Assembly: GCA_026914245.1 (NCBI GenBank)
Contig: CP110439.1
Coordinates: 7,502,001-7,566,000 of the forward strand
Direction of reading: 5' to 3'
Length of the DNA stretch: 64,000 nucleotides
DNA from: Puccinia triticina
Lineage: Eukaryota
Position 1 is the stretch's first letter. Each line of letters opens with the position of its first letter. This document shows, piece by piece, positions 11,046-23,960 of this stretch. Position numbers and translations under genes: made by a program. The notes below the pieces were generated by a model. That model ran no database searches, was not told the origin of the DNA, and saw only the letters and a list, made by a program, of their open reading frames with translations.

Positions 11046-13500
11046 CCACACTGCTACTCCGGGGGCCAACCAAGCATCCAATGCAGGCCCAGTTCGCCCC
11101 ACAAGCCATCGCCGACGAGTCGCGGCAGCTACCTATACGCCACCACTGAGAGGATCGGTTGCGGCGGCGGCAGCTGCTGCTGCTGCTAATATTGCAAGGG
11201 CACCAGCCACTTCGGGTGGACCCACTAGGCCGGGTGAGTGAATACAAGGTACATGTGCTGATTGAAACTAACACTGCTTTAAAGCCGTTTTACCTGCAGT
11301 GCAGGCTGCCGCTGGCGTGGACCTGAACTTGCGGCGTCCAACTGTCTCACCGGCTGTGCGGGGTGGGCAGCAATCATGGCCACAATCTGTTCAAAGGATG
11401 ACACACATTGAAAAACCTGTCAATGACGAGTATCTCGGCGAGATTGAACAATTTTTTCAGTTATTGGGTGGATATGCAGAGGTTGGGGAGCAGCTTGCCT
11501 ATGTAAGTAGCCTTAAGTGCTGTTTCCTCAAATCATTGTGTTGAATGCAACCTCCCTCTTCTTTCTACAGGTACCTCAACCCAGGCAATATGTTGTGACA
11601 ATTTATATCACACTTGCAATGCGTGAGGAGATCAATTGCTTGCGGCAGCAGGTAGCTGTACCACGGGGTGTAACAGCAGCAGAGGCACCAGCAGCAGATC
11701 AAGCGTGTAACTGGCATTACGTTCCTGTATTCACTGTAAGCCCTCATGATGAATGCAGAGCTTTTGCAACATCTTCTGAAGAGCCATTTTTAGGCGTTTG
11801 TGCAGCGCAGGGCCCACGAGCTATTGTTGAGCAGGAATCTCAGGGTTTACGGGTCTGACACCCCTTGTGGCGCACCTCAGCAAGTCTGAAGCTTGCTGAC
11901 TCTGGTTCTAGTAAGGATCTCCTGTGGCACATGTTGTCTCATGATGTGCACTGAGTTTCTGCACTGTTACACAGGATCACATCAATGCTCAAAACAATCA
12001 GTTCAAGAGAGATTACCTGCCCCGCGATCCGGCGGCAGTTTTGAGTCTTGAGAGCTTTGTGCAAAGAAAGCTGAGGCATTGTTGGGGCAGGTTGAGAGAC
12101 TTGGTATGTTCCGAAAACCATCATCTTCATTAATGGTGACTGACACACCTTTCACGGTCTGGCTCAGCTTTTGTGCGCTATTCAGCCAGGTCCAGGGAGG
12201 GGGGATGTAACACACCCGGTGCCCAGTGTTTCATCATTGATTGCTGATGTGAGTGATCATTGCTTGGGTGTTTGTATCGGGTGTTGTTTTTTTGGTTGCT
12301 TACTTATTTTGATATCAGATGAGGACAAGCTTGATTCCCCCCAATGCGAATCACCCAGAGGCGGCTGGCGGCGACAATAGGGCCAATCAATCTCACCTCA
12401 GAGCGCGCATTGAATATCTCAGGATCCAAACCATAACACAGTACGTTGGCAGGGGACCGGGGGACGCTGGGAGGCAGTGAAAGAACATTGATATGCATCT
12501 GCTTGAATTGCAGGGCAAAGGCCGCCTTTACCGTACAGCGTAAGTAATTTTGGTCGTATTTTTAAACCTGGGTGCTGATGAGACCGAGAACATTGCCAGG
12601 TTTTATCAGCTTGTCCTCTCGTATGATCATGCTACCTTTGGGCAGCAATTTTTCACAGAAATGGACCCCGATTCAATCAAGTTACCAACGGAGCAGGAGG
12701 TGGAGGAGCGGATGCTCGCCAACGCTGCCGATGACGCGCCTGTTGAGCAGGAAGCCGGCCTCAATGGCTGATTGCCCGGAATACCCCTCCAATCTTTCCC
12801 TTTTGTGAAGCATGCCCGTGCCCATGAGAACTTTGTTATTTGTAAATAGTTTTACTTTTTGGCCCCTGCTCCCGAGCAATTACATTCTTTCCGATTACTT
12901 TTTGACCCTTCTCACTGCCAAGAGGCTCTCATGGTCTTCCCGCATGCCCAAATTTGATACCGCGGTGGGGATGGGTAGGGTGTATCAAGCGTACACCCCA
13001 ATAAATGCGTTTGACATCCAGGGGATGTTGCAATGTTACCCATGAGGCAACCACCTGTATCCAGATACCGCGAGTGGACGTCCGGGGCGGCTATCTCTCG
13101 GATGGGGCAGCGGCATCCTTCCTGGGATTTGGCATTCAAGTGGCAGCGGTGGCACATCCCTGGGTTGTTGGGTGTGGTCATCGCGAAGGCATTGCGCAGC
13201 GCCGTCCCAACGGCGCGATATTATAAATGGATTTGGACGCCCAGGTGGTGCTGTATTCCTCTTGGGGTTGCATCCTGCGGGTGAACCAACTCCAGGCATC
13301 CTGGCAATGCCGAACTGCACCTGTGGTGTAGTCTAGCAATACGTCATTTGCCACTTTCCTATACCTTAAAGATGGAGAATTGTTTACCTAAGAGCAGGAT
13401 GTAGACCGCTCTCTACTGAGAAAGAAGAGAATAGTAAAAAGAAAATTGGAGAAGCAGATCTGTGAGTCTAACAGATATAATCTGTGTACATCAATAAACA

Positions 13501-16500
13501 CTAGGGGAAAACGCGGCGCAAACGCCGCGCGATCAGTGATAGGAAAAGGGGTAAGGGTATGGATGAGAGCAACTGGGGTCAATTTGGCTCCAGGATGATC
13601 CTTGGGCCCCGGAAGAAATAAATTGTATAACATAGCATTGAAGGCCCATATTGTATATACATGTGCAAAGAATCCTGATCTCTGGTTCACTCAAGCTTGT
13701 GCTGGTGAGTTGTGCACCTCCTGATCACGTCAAGGTTAAAAACATTGATTTTGGAATTGGGCTGTGTTGGCTGTGTGACAATCCCTATTGAGAGAGCCGT
13801 GATGGATGTTACCTGGGAGAGGGCAGCGTACAGTTGGCCATGGCTGAAAACAGAGTATGGGAGGTACACCATGACCTTTGCGCAAGTGATTGGCCCTGGG
13901 ACTTGTTGATTGTGAGCGCAAATGCTATTGCAACCAGGAATTGGAACCAACTGAACAATACACCATTAGAGGCATTAGCTTTGTGGATAAGTTTGATCTT
14001 GGGGATGGTGCACATAGAGCTGACATGCAATCTGGTAAGTATGCTGCACTTGAACCCACCGGGGGCAATCTCATCTATCAATAGTCTGGTCCCGCTCCCA
14101 GGTCAAGGTTGTGGAGCAGGATTATGAGTATGGAAAACTTGATTTGGAGGGTTGATTCTGGCAGGCTGGGGATCAAGAACATACACCAGGAAAAAAACAA
14201 TGATCACTTGTCTGCAGGTGACACAGCAAAGTGCAAAGGGGCCTTTTTACTATTTCATGTCACTTGTAGGCAAGTGATCATTGTTTTTTCCTGGTGATGT
14301 GGGGGACTTCTTCTGTCACTGCTTCCTCTTCATTGATCCCATTCATATTGGTGGCCATGGCGTCAATTGCGAGGAATTCAACAAATCTCCCGGGCAGGCA
14401 CCGGGAACAAACATCATTCATGGTTGAGCAACACCAAAATCACATGTGAGCCATAGTATTCGATGTTGGTGGCTCAATCTCAGGAGTGCAGAGGTGAACT
14501 GGGGTACACGGTGGTTATAAAATGATTGGGAAAAGCTGTCTCAGTCAGGCTTGCATATACGTCTCCAAAGTCAAGTGTCTGGGGGGTATGATATTTGTGC
14601 TTCCCGGTACTGTTTCCAATTGTCAGTAGCCAGCGGTAGAATGAAGCATTCAGCTCTGTCAGTGCAGAGTCTGAACCACCACTCAGCCTCAAGTTCTTGG
14701 TCAAGGAGAACTTGATAACATGGGCCCATAGAGATGAGGTGATCATGAAGGCTGCCTCCAGGTCAAAGATAGTCCCGTTGTGCACAACCAAGAGTATCTG
14801 TTGGAAATCCCCCCCTCCCAAATATGATTAACTTGCCACCAAAAGGTTGGCCGTTGTGGTGGCCCCTCTCGTGGCCAGCTAGTCAGGAGCATTTCCACCG
14901 CCTCCGCCAGCAGGATGATCATCAAGACTCAAAGTCCTCCTCACTCCTCAAGACTCAAGAATTCCCTCCTCCTCAAGATCCTCAAGACTCTCAAAAATCT
15001 ACACTCTTCCTACTTCCCCCATCTTTCACCCCTCTCTTCTATACTCCTTCTTTCTCAGTTTCCAACCCTCTTCACTTTTCTTGGTCCTAACACAGCATAT
15101 GCTGTGGGTTTATTCATCTGTTTTCATTTCTTCTCCTTTTTCTTTCTTTTTTTTTTCTGCTTGTTTCTCTTGTCTGTCCTGAGTGTTTATGCCTCCTCTT
15201 TCCTCCTTTCTTTCTTCCTTTCTACTGGTTCTTGTTCTTCTGCATCATCTCACTGTTTTTGCATTGTTTCTTTGTTTTGTGTTCTCTTTTTCCTGTTTCT
15301 CTTGTTTGTTGTGTGTGTGAGCGCGTGTAGCGCGCGGAGGATGTGATGAAATACATGTGACATGTGGCTCTCCCAGAGTCCAAGTTCGCTGAACTTGGAT
15401 GATGGGAGAGGCATGGCATTCTGATCCCCAGAATACGGACCATCAAAATTCATAGATCATATCTTCAGAGTTTCAACCTTTGGGCTCCGCCCGCCGATCA
15501 TCTTTCATCAGAGTTTTCCAGATCCCCCTTTCCTTCCCCTCTTTAAGATCACCCCTCATCCTTCCAACAACAACAACAACCGCCGCCAAGGATCCAAAAC
15601 CCCGGCGAACCTCTCAAAACCACCACACCCCAACAGCTATCCCAGATCCCCCCATTTTTCAGCGCTCATTCCTACGGACCACCCAGCCACGAGGGCAGCC
15701 TAAACAGCAAACCTCCCCTCACACGACTGTTGCCGCTTAGCACGGACAGGAGTCCCTCACCGTCTTACGTAAGATCTTGAAGAAAGCGGTCTCTGCAACC
15801 ACGTCAACAGCATGTCAGTGTTGCATTGAAACCTTGTCTCATGTGATCACACCTGCCTCTTTCAATACCTCAGCGCATTGAGATCAAAGGGCAAACATGA
15901 AGGTGCTGGTTGAGTAGATTACTATTGGAAATTTGAGCCGGGAGTGGACAGTGGAGCCATTGACTGACATGAGGGAAGCAGCATCTGAGGATGAAACCAC
16001 TACTGCGGGGATGCACATGGCTTTCAGGGAATGGATAATAGTATTCATTGTGTAGGTTTTGCCACACCCACCGGGCTCATCCACATATAGCATGCTGGCA
16101 GAATTTGCTTCCGCCAAATGCACAGCTAAGTCAACAATGATCCGTTTTTTATGGTTCAGGGTTTGGCACATTTTTTGGAATAGGTCCGCACACTCCGCTT
16201 ACCAGAGATCTTCTTCATGCATAGTGCTTTCAATAAGTCCCCCTCCCCAGCAGCGGGGGTATGGAGTCCAACACTAGCAGAAGCTTTTCCACTCTTCTGA
16301 GGCTTCCTTGCCAGTAGGTAGTAGCAGAGCAAGATGTGAAGTTGATCTGAGGGGTTTTCAACCCGGTAGACCGTTTAGAGTTGGTGTGGCAGGTCATCCA
16401 AGAGCTCAACAGCAATGTGGTTGAAAAATTCTTGAGGGTTTGAGAGTGGGCTGTGGATAAGTATGATGCAGAAAAAATGATGTAGGGCTTTGCCTGTCTT

Positions 16501-16720
16501 CCAGCCTGCGGTTTTGTGCCAGCATTGGCAGCAATGCAAGTCTGAGGACCTCTGCTATTTTCCAGTAAGTGTCATAGGTCCCTCCGTTGATTGTGTCCAT
16601 GTCTTTGAAGCTAGTGATACCTTGTCAGTGTAACAGTAGCAGACAAAGGCAATATTTCTGGCCTTTATTGACAGTGGGAAAATATACCGGGCCCATCATT
16701 TTTGTGTCTTTTCCTTGCTT
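13501..16720 (-). mobile_element. Helitron remnant (PIF1-type helicase pseudogene with 3' terminus)
   Basis: Minus-strand 3' end has hairpin CGCGGCG-TTTG-CGCCGCG, then TTTTCCCCTAG|T ending at 13501. Helicase motifs in broken frames: PGGCGKT, PFGGK..GDFQQIL, AFALTINKSQGQSL, VFSHGQLYAALS. The 5' end is not fixed (possibly ~17980). Confidence 0.9.
14855..15759 (+). mobile_element. Solo LTR, family A, inserted in the Helitron helicase
   Basis: TGTGGTGGCC...GTCCCTCA with 4-bp TSD CCGT (14851-54, 15760-63). Homologous to 31003-31954 and 51564-52414. Removing it rejoins the helicase sequence. Confidence 0.85.
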
Positions 16721-19494
16721 CAAACCTGTTGATACCTTTGACGTGGAATGTTGCAGGACCTTGTGATGGATTTGCCTGCTTGCCCGGAAGGCTTCCTCTT
16801 GGGCATAAAAATTACACCTGCTTGCCAAGGTCTGGGAATCATCTTGGGCAAGCGGTTACATGTACATATTACTTGGGGATTGTTCCGCTGGGCACAATTC
16901 CAAGGAAGATTCCTCCAAGCAGTTAAAAATGGTAACTGCTTTCCAGGGGGGCTTTCCAAACAGGTACACCTTTGTACTTGGCGGGATGGATTTTCTTCCA
17001 TTCCCCCAACGACTTGTACCTGCTTGTTGAGGAAGATTTCTCAGGAAGCAGGTGCAAGGTCCTCGGACAGGAGGAATCCTCCCGGGCGAGTGGGGATCCG
17101 CTTGCCAGGGATGATTCCAACAAAGATTCCTCCCCAGCAAGCAGTGAAAAGACCTGCTTGCCGGAGCAGCCTCCTCCTTGGCAATGTTCTCGCCGTTGAG
17201 GACACCTTTCCAGAGAGCAGCTACCCAGCACCTGCTTGCCAAGCAGGATTTTATCTGCTAAGCTGTGTTGTATGCACCGGCACGCCGGTGGAGAATCATG
17301 CTCGGTCGCTTGGCTCTGAGGGCTGGTGTCTATAATGTATGGGCTCATCCCGGCTCTCTGGCCAGGGACAGTTGAAACTACGTGGTGTCAGACGCTTCGT
17401 GAATGATATTCCGCATAAGGTGGTGCATGTGTTTCCTTTGGGGAAAAGCGCCGGGCTGGGATCGGCAGCCCGTGACTAAGTGCGAGCAAATGAGCGGACT
17501 CGCGGTCACTACCCAGATTGGAAGTCCTGGGGCTGATCGTGGCATGACTTCATCGGAGATGACCCCATGTTACAATTCTGTGGGAGGACCGGGATACAGT
17601 AGCTGCGAGGACTTTCTGATTAGCTTAAATAGGGCTCTTCTTTTCACCACAAAATGCCCCTGGTCTGCTAAGGCTTCAGCACATCAGCGTAAGCCTTCCT
17701 AGCCATCAAAATTTGTTTGTGCGCATTGGCGTCTGAACCCAGAGCATCAGCTCAGCCCCAAACTTCTTCGAGCACCAGCCCTCGAGGGGCCGAGCATCAG
17801 CTCTACCCCGCCCCGCGGCTTCGCCGCAAAATTGCTGCTCCAACGGAGTGGGCGGCTTCGCCGCAAAATTCCTGCTCCTACTGACTGGGCGGCTCCGCCG
17901 CCAAACGCGGCTTCGCCGCGACCCAACTTGCGGCCCCAAGGGGCCAGGTTCTTGAAGAAACAGCAAGAGTAAATATAATTAGCCACAGCTTTATCTTTTT
18001 AAGTAGAAGATAGCTTTGGTCCTTAACTGGCTAGGACCTTAGCCTTTTGGTGTCCTATTGAGGTGGCTTCAGAAAAACAATTTAAAAGTGTTGCAACACT
18101 ATTTGCAGTTTTGTGCAATTCTGCTCCTGATCAGTTAGTCTTTCATGGGTTTCCCTTCACTCTGACCTTAAAAAAAGCACTCATGGATTGTTTCTCCAAC
18201 TCTTGGAGTTGAATTGGAGTGGTAGGTCTTTTCTTCTTGAACTACACCTGAAGAGGTTTAACAGCGTATGAGGCTGTTAGCATCTGTCTACTCATCAGTC
18301 CTTAGGTATTTTCCCACCACTTACCTTTGATGCTTGTGGTTATTTTTTTGGATGGAGATTGTTGGTCAGGATTTTCCTTGAACCTGGTCTTGCTGCTGTC
18401 AGATCTGCATTTACCAATTTTACCAAAGGTGTGATCAGCTTTACGACTGAGTATTCAGGACTGCAGAAAAGGTTAGCTTTGCTTACCATTTACAACAGCT
18501 TGTTTAGATTGCAGCATCCTCATCAATTTATGAGGAGGATCCTGGTCACCTAAGCTTGTAATCTCACACTTTGCACCTACGTCATTCAAATCTCTTGGTT
18601 CCAAGTCCAATAACAATGTAATTTTGGGTTGGAACAAAAAGTCTGAGTGAGTGGGAATGGGTTGAGTGAGTTGGAGGCTTGGAGCTCACAAGAGAGGCAT
18701 AATATGTATACCATTGAAATCATCAATTTCAGGTTGCTCTCAGACTCAACACAGTCCCTCTTGGTGTGAGTCCATGGTGTGTAAGCTCTGAAGGAGAGAC
18801 TTGCACCCTATAAAACACATACCTGGCACCTAGTGACATTCTAAATTTTGGTGGCACATGTTTCTGTTTATTTGACCTGCAACTCTTTTACCTTTTACAT
18901 TACTTGGGAAGAATGAAGTAAAGCATCCCAGGTTCAGAGTTTGTTACCATAAAATTTACACAGAGACAACTGAAAGAAAAGAACATTCAAGGTATTCAAC
19001 CTGTGTCTGATTGATTGGCTCACCAAAGATTACTACTGGCAGTGGTTTTCCGGTTGCATCAATTTTGGCAAGCAAGTTACATACCAAAATTAATGCAAGT
19101 AACCTTTAAAAAGTTACATCTATCCTTGTCTTGAATCTTGACAGCCCAACATGCATATGTAATTTTTGGGCAAGAAAACTTGGCAAAATTCATGCAAGCT
19201 GTTTTGTGAAGCTCCCCTTTTGCCATGGTTTTCACAATGCTGGATATCATTCCCCTTTTTAAGTTCCTAGCCCAGTAGAGACTATTGAACCACCATCTCT
19301 CTCTCCGGTGCTATCAACACAATCCATGGTTCTAGAAACTTTCCCAAAGGATCAACTGCCTTTCTCTATCCTCTCCTTTGTCAGCACCCAACTTTGAGTC
19401 CCACTTGGAATTCTCACTGATTTCATCTTTTCTTCTTATATTCACCAACAGTCCAACAAATCCAATACATGTATTGTATATGCATATACATTCA

Positions 19495-19858
19495 TGGTTT
19501 TTCAAAGTTGGAATTCATGCATGCATAAATGCATAAATCATAAATTCATAAAAATTCTTTGGCTGGGAAAGCCAAAGATTACTTAAGCAGATTGGTGAGA
19601 TCCCCTGCAAACAAAGTTTTATGAATTTACAATTTATGCATTTATACATGCATGAACTTCAACTATGGTGTTCAAAGTTGGTTTGCATAATTTTATGCAT
19701 GCATAAATCATAAAATCATAAAATATTTTTTGCAGGGGATATGACTGTCTGATTATGTAATACAAAATTTCCTCACCAAAATATTTCTATGATTTTATGA
19801 TTTATGCATGCATAAAATTATGCAAACCAACTTTGAACACCATAAACTTTGAAGACCA
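19495..19858. mobile_element. Older TA-targeting MITE hosting a nested relative
   Basis: Ends TGGTTTTTCAAAGTT / AACTTTGAAGACCA; ATGCAT-rich arms; interrupted by 19666-19842. Confidence 0.65.
19666..19842. mobile_element. Tc1/mariner-type (Stowaway-like) MITE, ~177 bp
   Basis: Long TIR TGGTGTTCAAAGTTGGTTTGCATAATTTTATGCATGCATAA with TA TSD. Near-identical copies at 20003-20179 and 60067-60244. Confidence 0.9.
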
Positions 19859-20002
19859 TAAATGTATCATCAGGGAAACCAATCTGGTACACCATGTTGG
19901 TATTTATTGGTATTGGATTAGTTTTGATGTATTGGATTTGTTACACTGTTGCTTTCAGTTAATATCTTCTACCCAATATCCTTATTTGAAACAAAATATT
20001 TA

Positions 20003-20179
20003 TGGTGTTCAAAGTTGGTTTGCATAATTTTATGCATGCATAAATCATAAAATCATAAATATATTTTGGTGAGGAAATTTTGTATCACATAAACAGACAG
20101 TCATATCCCCTGCAAAAAAGATTTTATGATTTTATGATTTATGCATGCATAAAATTATGCAAACCAACTTTGAACACCA
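20003..20179. mobile_element. Second copy of the 177-bp MITE (opposite orientation)
   Basis: Same TIRs and TA flanks; core is the reverse complement of 19666-19842. Confidence 0.9.
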
Positions 20180-20967
20180 TAATTGATCACAGCATGTTTC
20201 TGGTCTTAATTCATTGCTTTATTAGGTGGGAAAGTGCTGTGGCAATAGCAGGAATTGCGGTTGGCAGTATGATTGATGAGGATGCATATGTGATTGGCAT
20301 AGGGGCAAAAGTGGATTTTCCACTTCTCCCAGACCCTATATATGTGAAACCATGTAGTGTATAAAGGAAACTATTGAATTTTTGGAAGGCAAAAGCGGCT
20401 GTTTATTGGACGTGGATAAACCACTCTGGGGCCCACACCATGATCTACATAGAAGCAATAAATGGATAAATATTTGTATAGAATTACACCCTTGATACTA
20501 CAGTGTATGTACAGGATATATCAACACCAAAAAATGTCAAAGACTGATTGGAAAGGTATGAAAATGATCTGCTGAAGGGAATTAAGAAGAAGGGAAACTT
20601 GAAAGAGTGACAAAAAAGAAGTTACTGATCTATGTATAAGTTCTAACCGAGCAGACAAGGAAGTGATATACGATTCTTTACTGAGGTATATATCTCCACT
20701 GAAAAGCCAATGAAGGAAATCGTGTAGCAAACACAAACACACATGCACATACTCCAGCCGACAGCGGCAAAGTGAATAAACAGGATATGGAGGGGTCGTC
20801 GGAGAGAGGAAAAGAGAAGCTCGGTGATTGGCAACAGGCAAGTTGATCCAGCTCCTATTCATGTCGTCAACATAAGCCCTCCATTGTCCGAAAACAAAAA
20901 GAGAGAGATAAATAGCTAAAGGACTTACAATCCCGAGAGAGAGAGAGAGAGAAAAAGTAGGAACAGT

Positions 20968-22985
20968 TTATCTCTTGAAAGGTAATCCGGCCGAGCGAAG
21001 AGAAGTGCTGAACGATTTGCCCAGCCCATTAGCAGAAAGGTTTGACTTCTTATCGTGTGGATCGTTTTTAGTAGGCCCGTTGTTGTTGGTCAATCCGGTG
21101 CTCTGTCTCCGGAGATGACTCTTGCACAGCTCGTGGATACTCAACGGTCTGTTGAAGCGTTCGGTCATGTCGATCGAGGCTTTACGTCGGGGGATTGCAC
21201 AGGTCGGTGGGGCGTCTGAAGGGGCCATCATCGAGACCCCCAATTGATGATGTTGATGATCAGAAGAGATCGAGAGACGTGATAATGGTCGTGTTGATCG
21301 AGGTCGAGGAAGACCTGTCTCAGGAAACAGAAGTAGAAGATGAGAATTTGATATTCTCTGCAGATAAAAAGCTTGGAAGAGACTGACCGGTGTCAAGATC
21401 TTTGTCCTGTGAGGTAGCTGGTTGGGTAACGTTTCGGGATGCTGTGAGAGTGATTGCATTGGGCTGCCTTCTTGGGCTGCGAGTGGTACTGCTTCGATTG
21501 AGGGCGGAATTGATATGTGCAGCCGATTTAGAGTGGACTGAGCTAGTCAGAAGGGAAGTCTTCGGTACCGGGATGGCACTGACCGTCCGCAAGTTCCTCG
21601 AGCTGACCAGTTTCTTCGTCATCCCTTGCATCCGTTCCGTCTCAGCACGAAGGGACTGGAGATGGGAGCTTCCTTTGGTCAGATTTCTAGGGTTCAGGGG
21701 CGTTTCTAGAGACGGCCGGCTTCGTGATTGAGAGCGTCGTGTTCTGGAAACTGCAGTGGCCGATGTTGCCAAGCGCTGGTCGGGCGAGAAGAGGGTTTGA
21801 AGCGGCTTATTAGGGGCGGGCTGAGCAGGCTTGACGCGAAGAGAACCAGCTTTCTTCAGTTGGATGGCAGTCAAGGGCTTGGCGTTTTGTGACTTGGGGG
21901 AGCCAATTTCAGCAGCCATTGAGCTCAGCCTGCGTCGAGGGGAATCTCGGGCTTCCGCCATCGAGGTTGGCTTGGTTCTGATCATCGGTCGCGAGGGTGA
22001 CGACATCTCGTCTGTGTCCTTCAGCACTTCCAATCCAGGCTCACTGAGAGGGGTTTCTGAAAATGTTCGGGCGGTGGCGGTGAGTTGACAGCCTTCAGGG
22101 CTTGGTGAAAAGACGCGACGTGTTACGTCATCTGCCGGTGAGATGGTCGAGTTGGCTAGATGTTCACGCAGGACGGCTAGTTCTTCGGTCATATCTTGAC
22201 AAATTCACAGAAGCCAATGTTAGCAAAGATTACATGTCGCACTGGAGATCTTCCATCAATTCACCTCTCAGATCATCTTTGAGCCTCTGATGTTCTTCTT
22301 CCAGTTTACTTTTCTCGATCAGTTCGTCTTCGAGTAAAGTGATCCTTTCGATTGCTTTCCCGTACTTGCTTTCAACATCTTGTAGGGAACTGGCCACCAT
22401 CCTAAGATTCCACATGGATTGGTCAGCATTCTTCGTGCTGGATCTCTCTCGAGGTGATGGGCAGAGAAACTTACCTCTCTTTACCTTCCAGCTCGTCGTT
22501 GTCCAGTTCCATGTCGCGAAGCCTGGTCCGATACTCTTCGTTAGATTTTCTGCATGTTTCAAGCTCAGTCTGCATGTGTGTCATCGTCTTCGTATGATCT
22601 TTTAAGGAAGAGTGGTACTTGATCTAATGTTTGTGTTGAAAAGGTCAGTTGAATGCTGAGTTTGGCAAGCTCAGAGAAGAACAGAGATTGGATTCACTTT
22701 CCACTGATCGATTTCATGCAGCAAATGTTCTTCCTTTCCCCTCAATTCCTTCAACTGTTTTTCGGTGGCCTGAAGTTCTCTTTCGAGCTCAGCCTCAAGT
22801 TCTTTGGAAGATATCTGAAACTCGTCGAGGGCCGACTTAGTATCGTCTAGATCACATTGCAAGCTCCGCGCTAAGCTTCTGTAGTAGTCCAGCGCATCTC
22901 CGTCGGACGTAAAGCTGATCAAGAGGGTATATCAGCTATTTGTGAGGCAGAGGTTGTGCAAGATTGCTCACGATGGCTCTTCCAT
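20968..22985 (-). CDS. nudE: Nuclear distribution protein NudE/NDE1 homologue (dynein/LIS1 regulator), multi-exon
   Basis: MEEPS|FTSDGDALDYY...LDEFQISSKELEAELEREL and SSLQDVESKYGKAIERITLLEDEL are the NUDE coiled-coil signature. Canonical introns; a 73-nt intron (21315-21387) joins the last two ORFs in frame; S/P-rich tail. Confidence 0.9.
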
Positions 22986-23301
22986 GGTGAATTATCGGAA
23001 TTTGATCTGTGGTCGTTCTTGGGGGCAGCGTTTCTGGATAGTCAATCTGTTGTGGGATTGGTCTTGAGGATCGTAATGAGTGGTGGTGGGAAGTGGATGC
23101 GTCTGACCCGCCTGGCCGGGAAGTTTGGACGGAGGGGGAAATGGGATTAATTGCAGTGGCAGCGGAATCAATCCGATTGGTTTTATACTCTCCTGTATGT
23201 GGATACAGATTTCCCCGCCACCCGCACAACCCCATAGCCATTGGCTTACGTAAGTGCAATCCACATAAGGTTTCAAGATCAGCCACCAGGGAACAGCTTG
23301 A

Positions 23302-23555
23302 CAGGACCCTGGCAAGCGCGGCCAGAGGGTACGCATGAAAATCAATTCAAAAATCGTGGGATTCATACATTTTTAAAAGTCATTTTTGGCTTTTCTTGCC
23401 AACATTTACCACATTTTGAGGAGAAGTTAGCAGTACATTATTCCATGTGCCCATCTTTTCAGAATCCATTTATCATGTTTGGTTGTGAGCCAAAGTGGCT
23501 TTAAACATTCATACATTTTCATGCGTACCCTCTGGCCGCGCTTGCCAGGGTCCTC
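23302..23555. mobile_element. MITE with ~38-bp perfect inverted repeats upstream of nudE
   Basis: AGGACCCTGGCAAGCGCGGCCAGAGGGTACGCATGAAAAT and its exact reverse complement. Imperfect TSD CAGCTTGA / CAGCCCGA. Confidence 0.8.
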
Positions 23556-23901
23556 CAGCCCGAGTCAGAGTCACAGACAAGCTCCTTCAAGCGGGACATC
23601 AATCGACCAGGATGGGGTGGTTCATAACCATACATTTTTATGTGGAAGCACTTGAACGTGTGCTCCCCCAATGTGTGATGGGTAAACGACAGGTAAATCA
23701 CAGCTGAACCCACTTTTAAACGGTCTTGGATTAGCCAAATCAAGGGATTTGTTGAAGCCTTGTTTTCAGAACTGTAAAAAATGTATTTAGCTTTTTTTTA
23801 ACAGATGATCATCCAATCCAGTCAAAGTTTTCCAAGACCCAGCACACCACTCAACACCCACCCAAAACAGCACGCTTCTTTTCTTCTCTGATGACCATCG
23901 C

Positions 23902-23960
23902 ACAACAACAACAACAGCAACAACAACAGCAACAACAACAGCAACAAAAAGACAACAACA
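23902..23960. repeat. (CAA/CAG)n microsatellite
   Basis: Direct reading; lies downstream of the zinc-finger gene. Confidence 0.9.

Larger units (their letters stand above)
7862..12771 (+). pseudogene. Multi-exon accessory gene divergent from the transposase, disrupted by the LTR element
   Basis: ATG at 7862. Removing 7911-11050 restores the frame MSHLYSSDSDNSDNNHTATPGANQASNAGPVRP... up to a GTGAGT donor at ~11234. Downstream exons have stops. Peptides (ELLLSRNLRVYGS, PVPSVSSLIADV) resemble the gene at 32223-33612. Confidence 0.65.

Noticed and set aside
12950..13330. Confirmed right terminus of the CMC-like element
   Set aside because: It ends in GTG|TA with subterminal-like motifs, but no matching left TIR was found near 3200-3400. 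Kept only as a hypothesis.
14915..15346. Hydrophobic membrane-protein-like ORFs (also 30885-31529)
   Set aside because: They arise from T/C-rich solo-LTR sequence and are not conserved in frame between copies.
16750..17980. Defined element or Helitron 5' end
   Set aside because: CCTGCTTG-type and GCGGCTTCGCCGC repeats are visible, but no TIR/TSD pair or canonical TC start could be fixed.
21320..21459. Frameshift or separate overlapping gene at the nudE 3' end
   Set aside because: A canonical 73-nt GT-AG intron (21315-21387) joins the two ORFs in frame.
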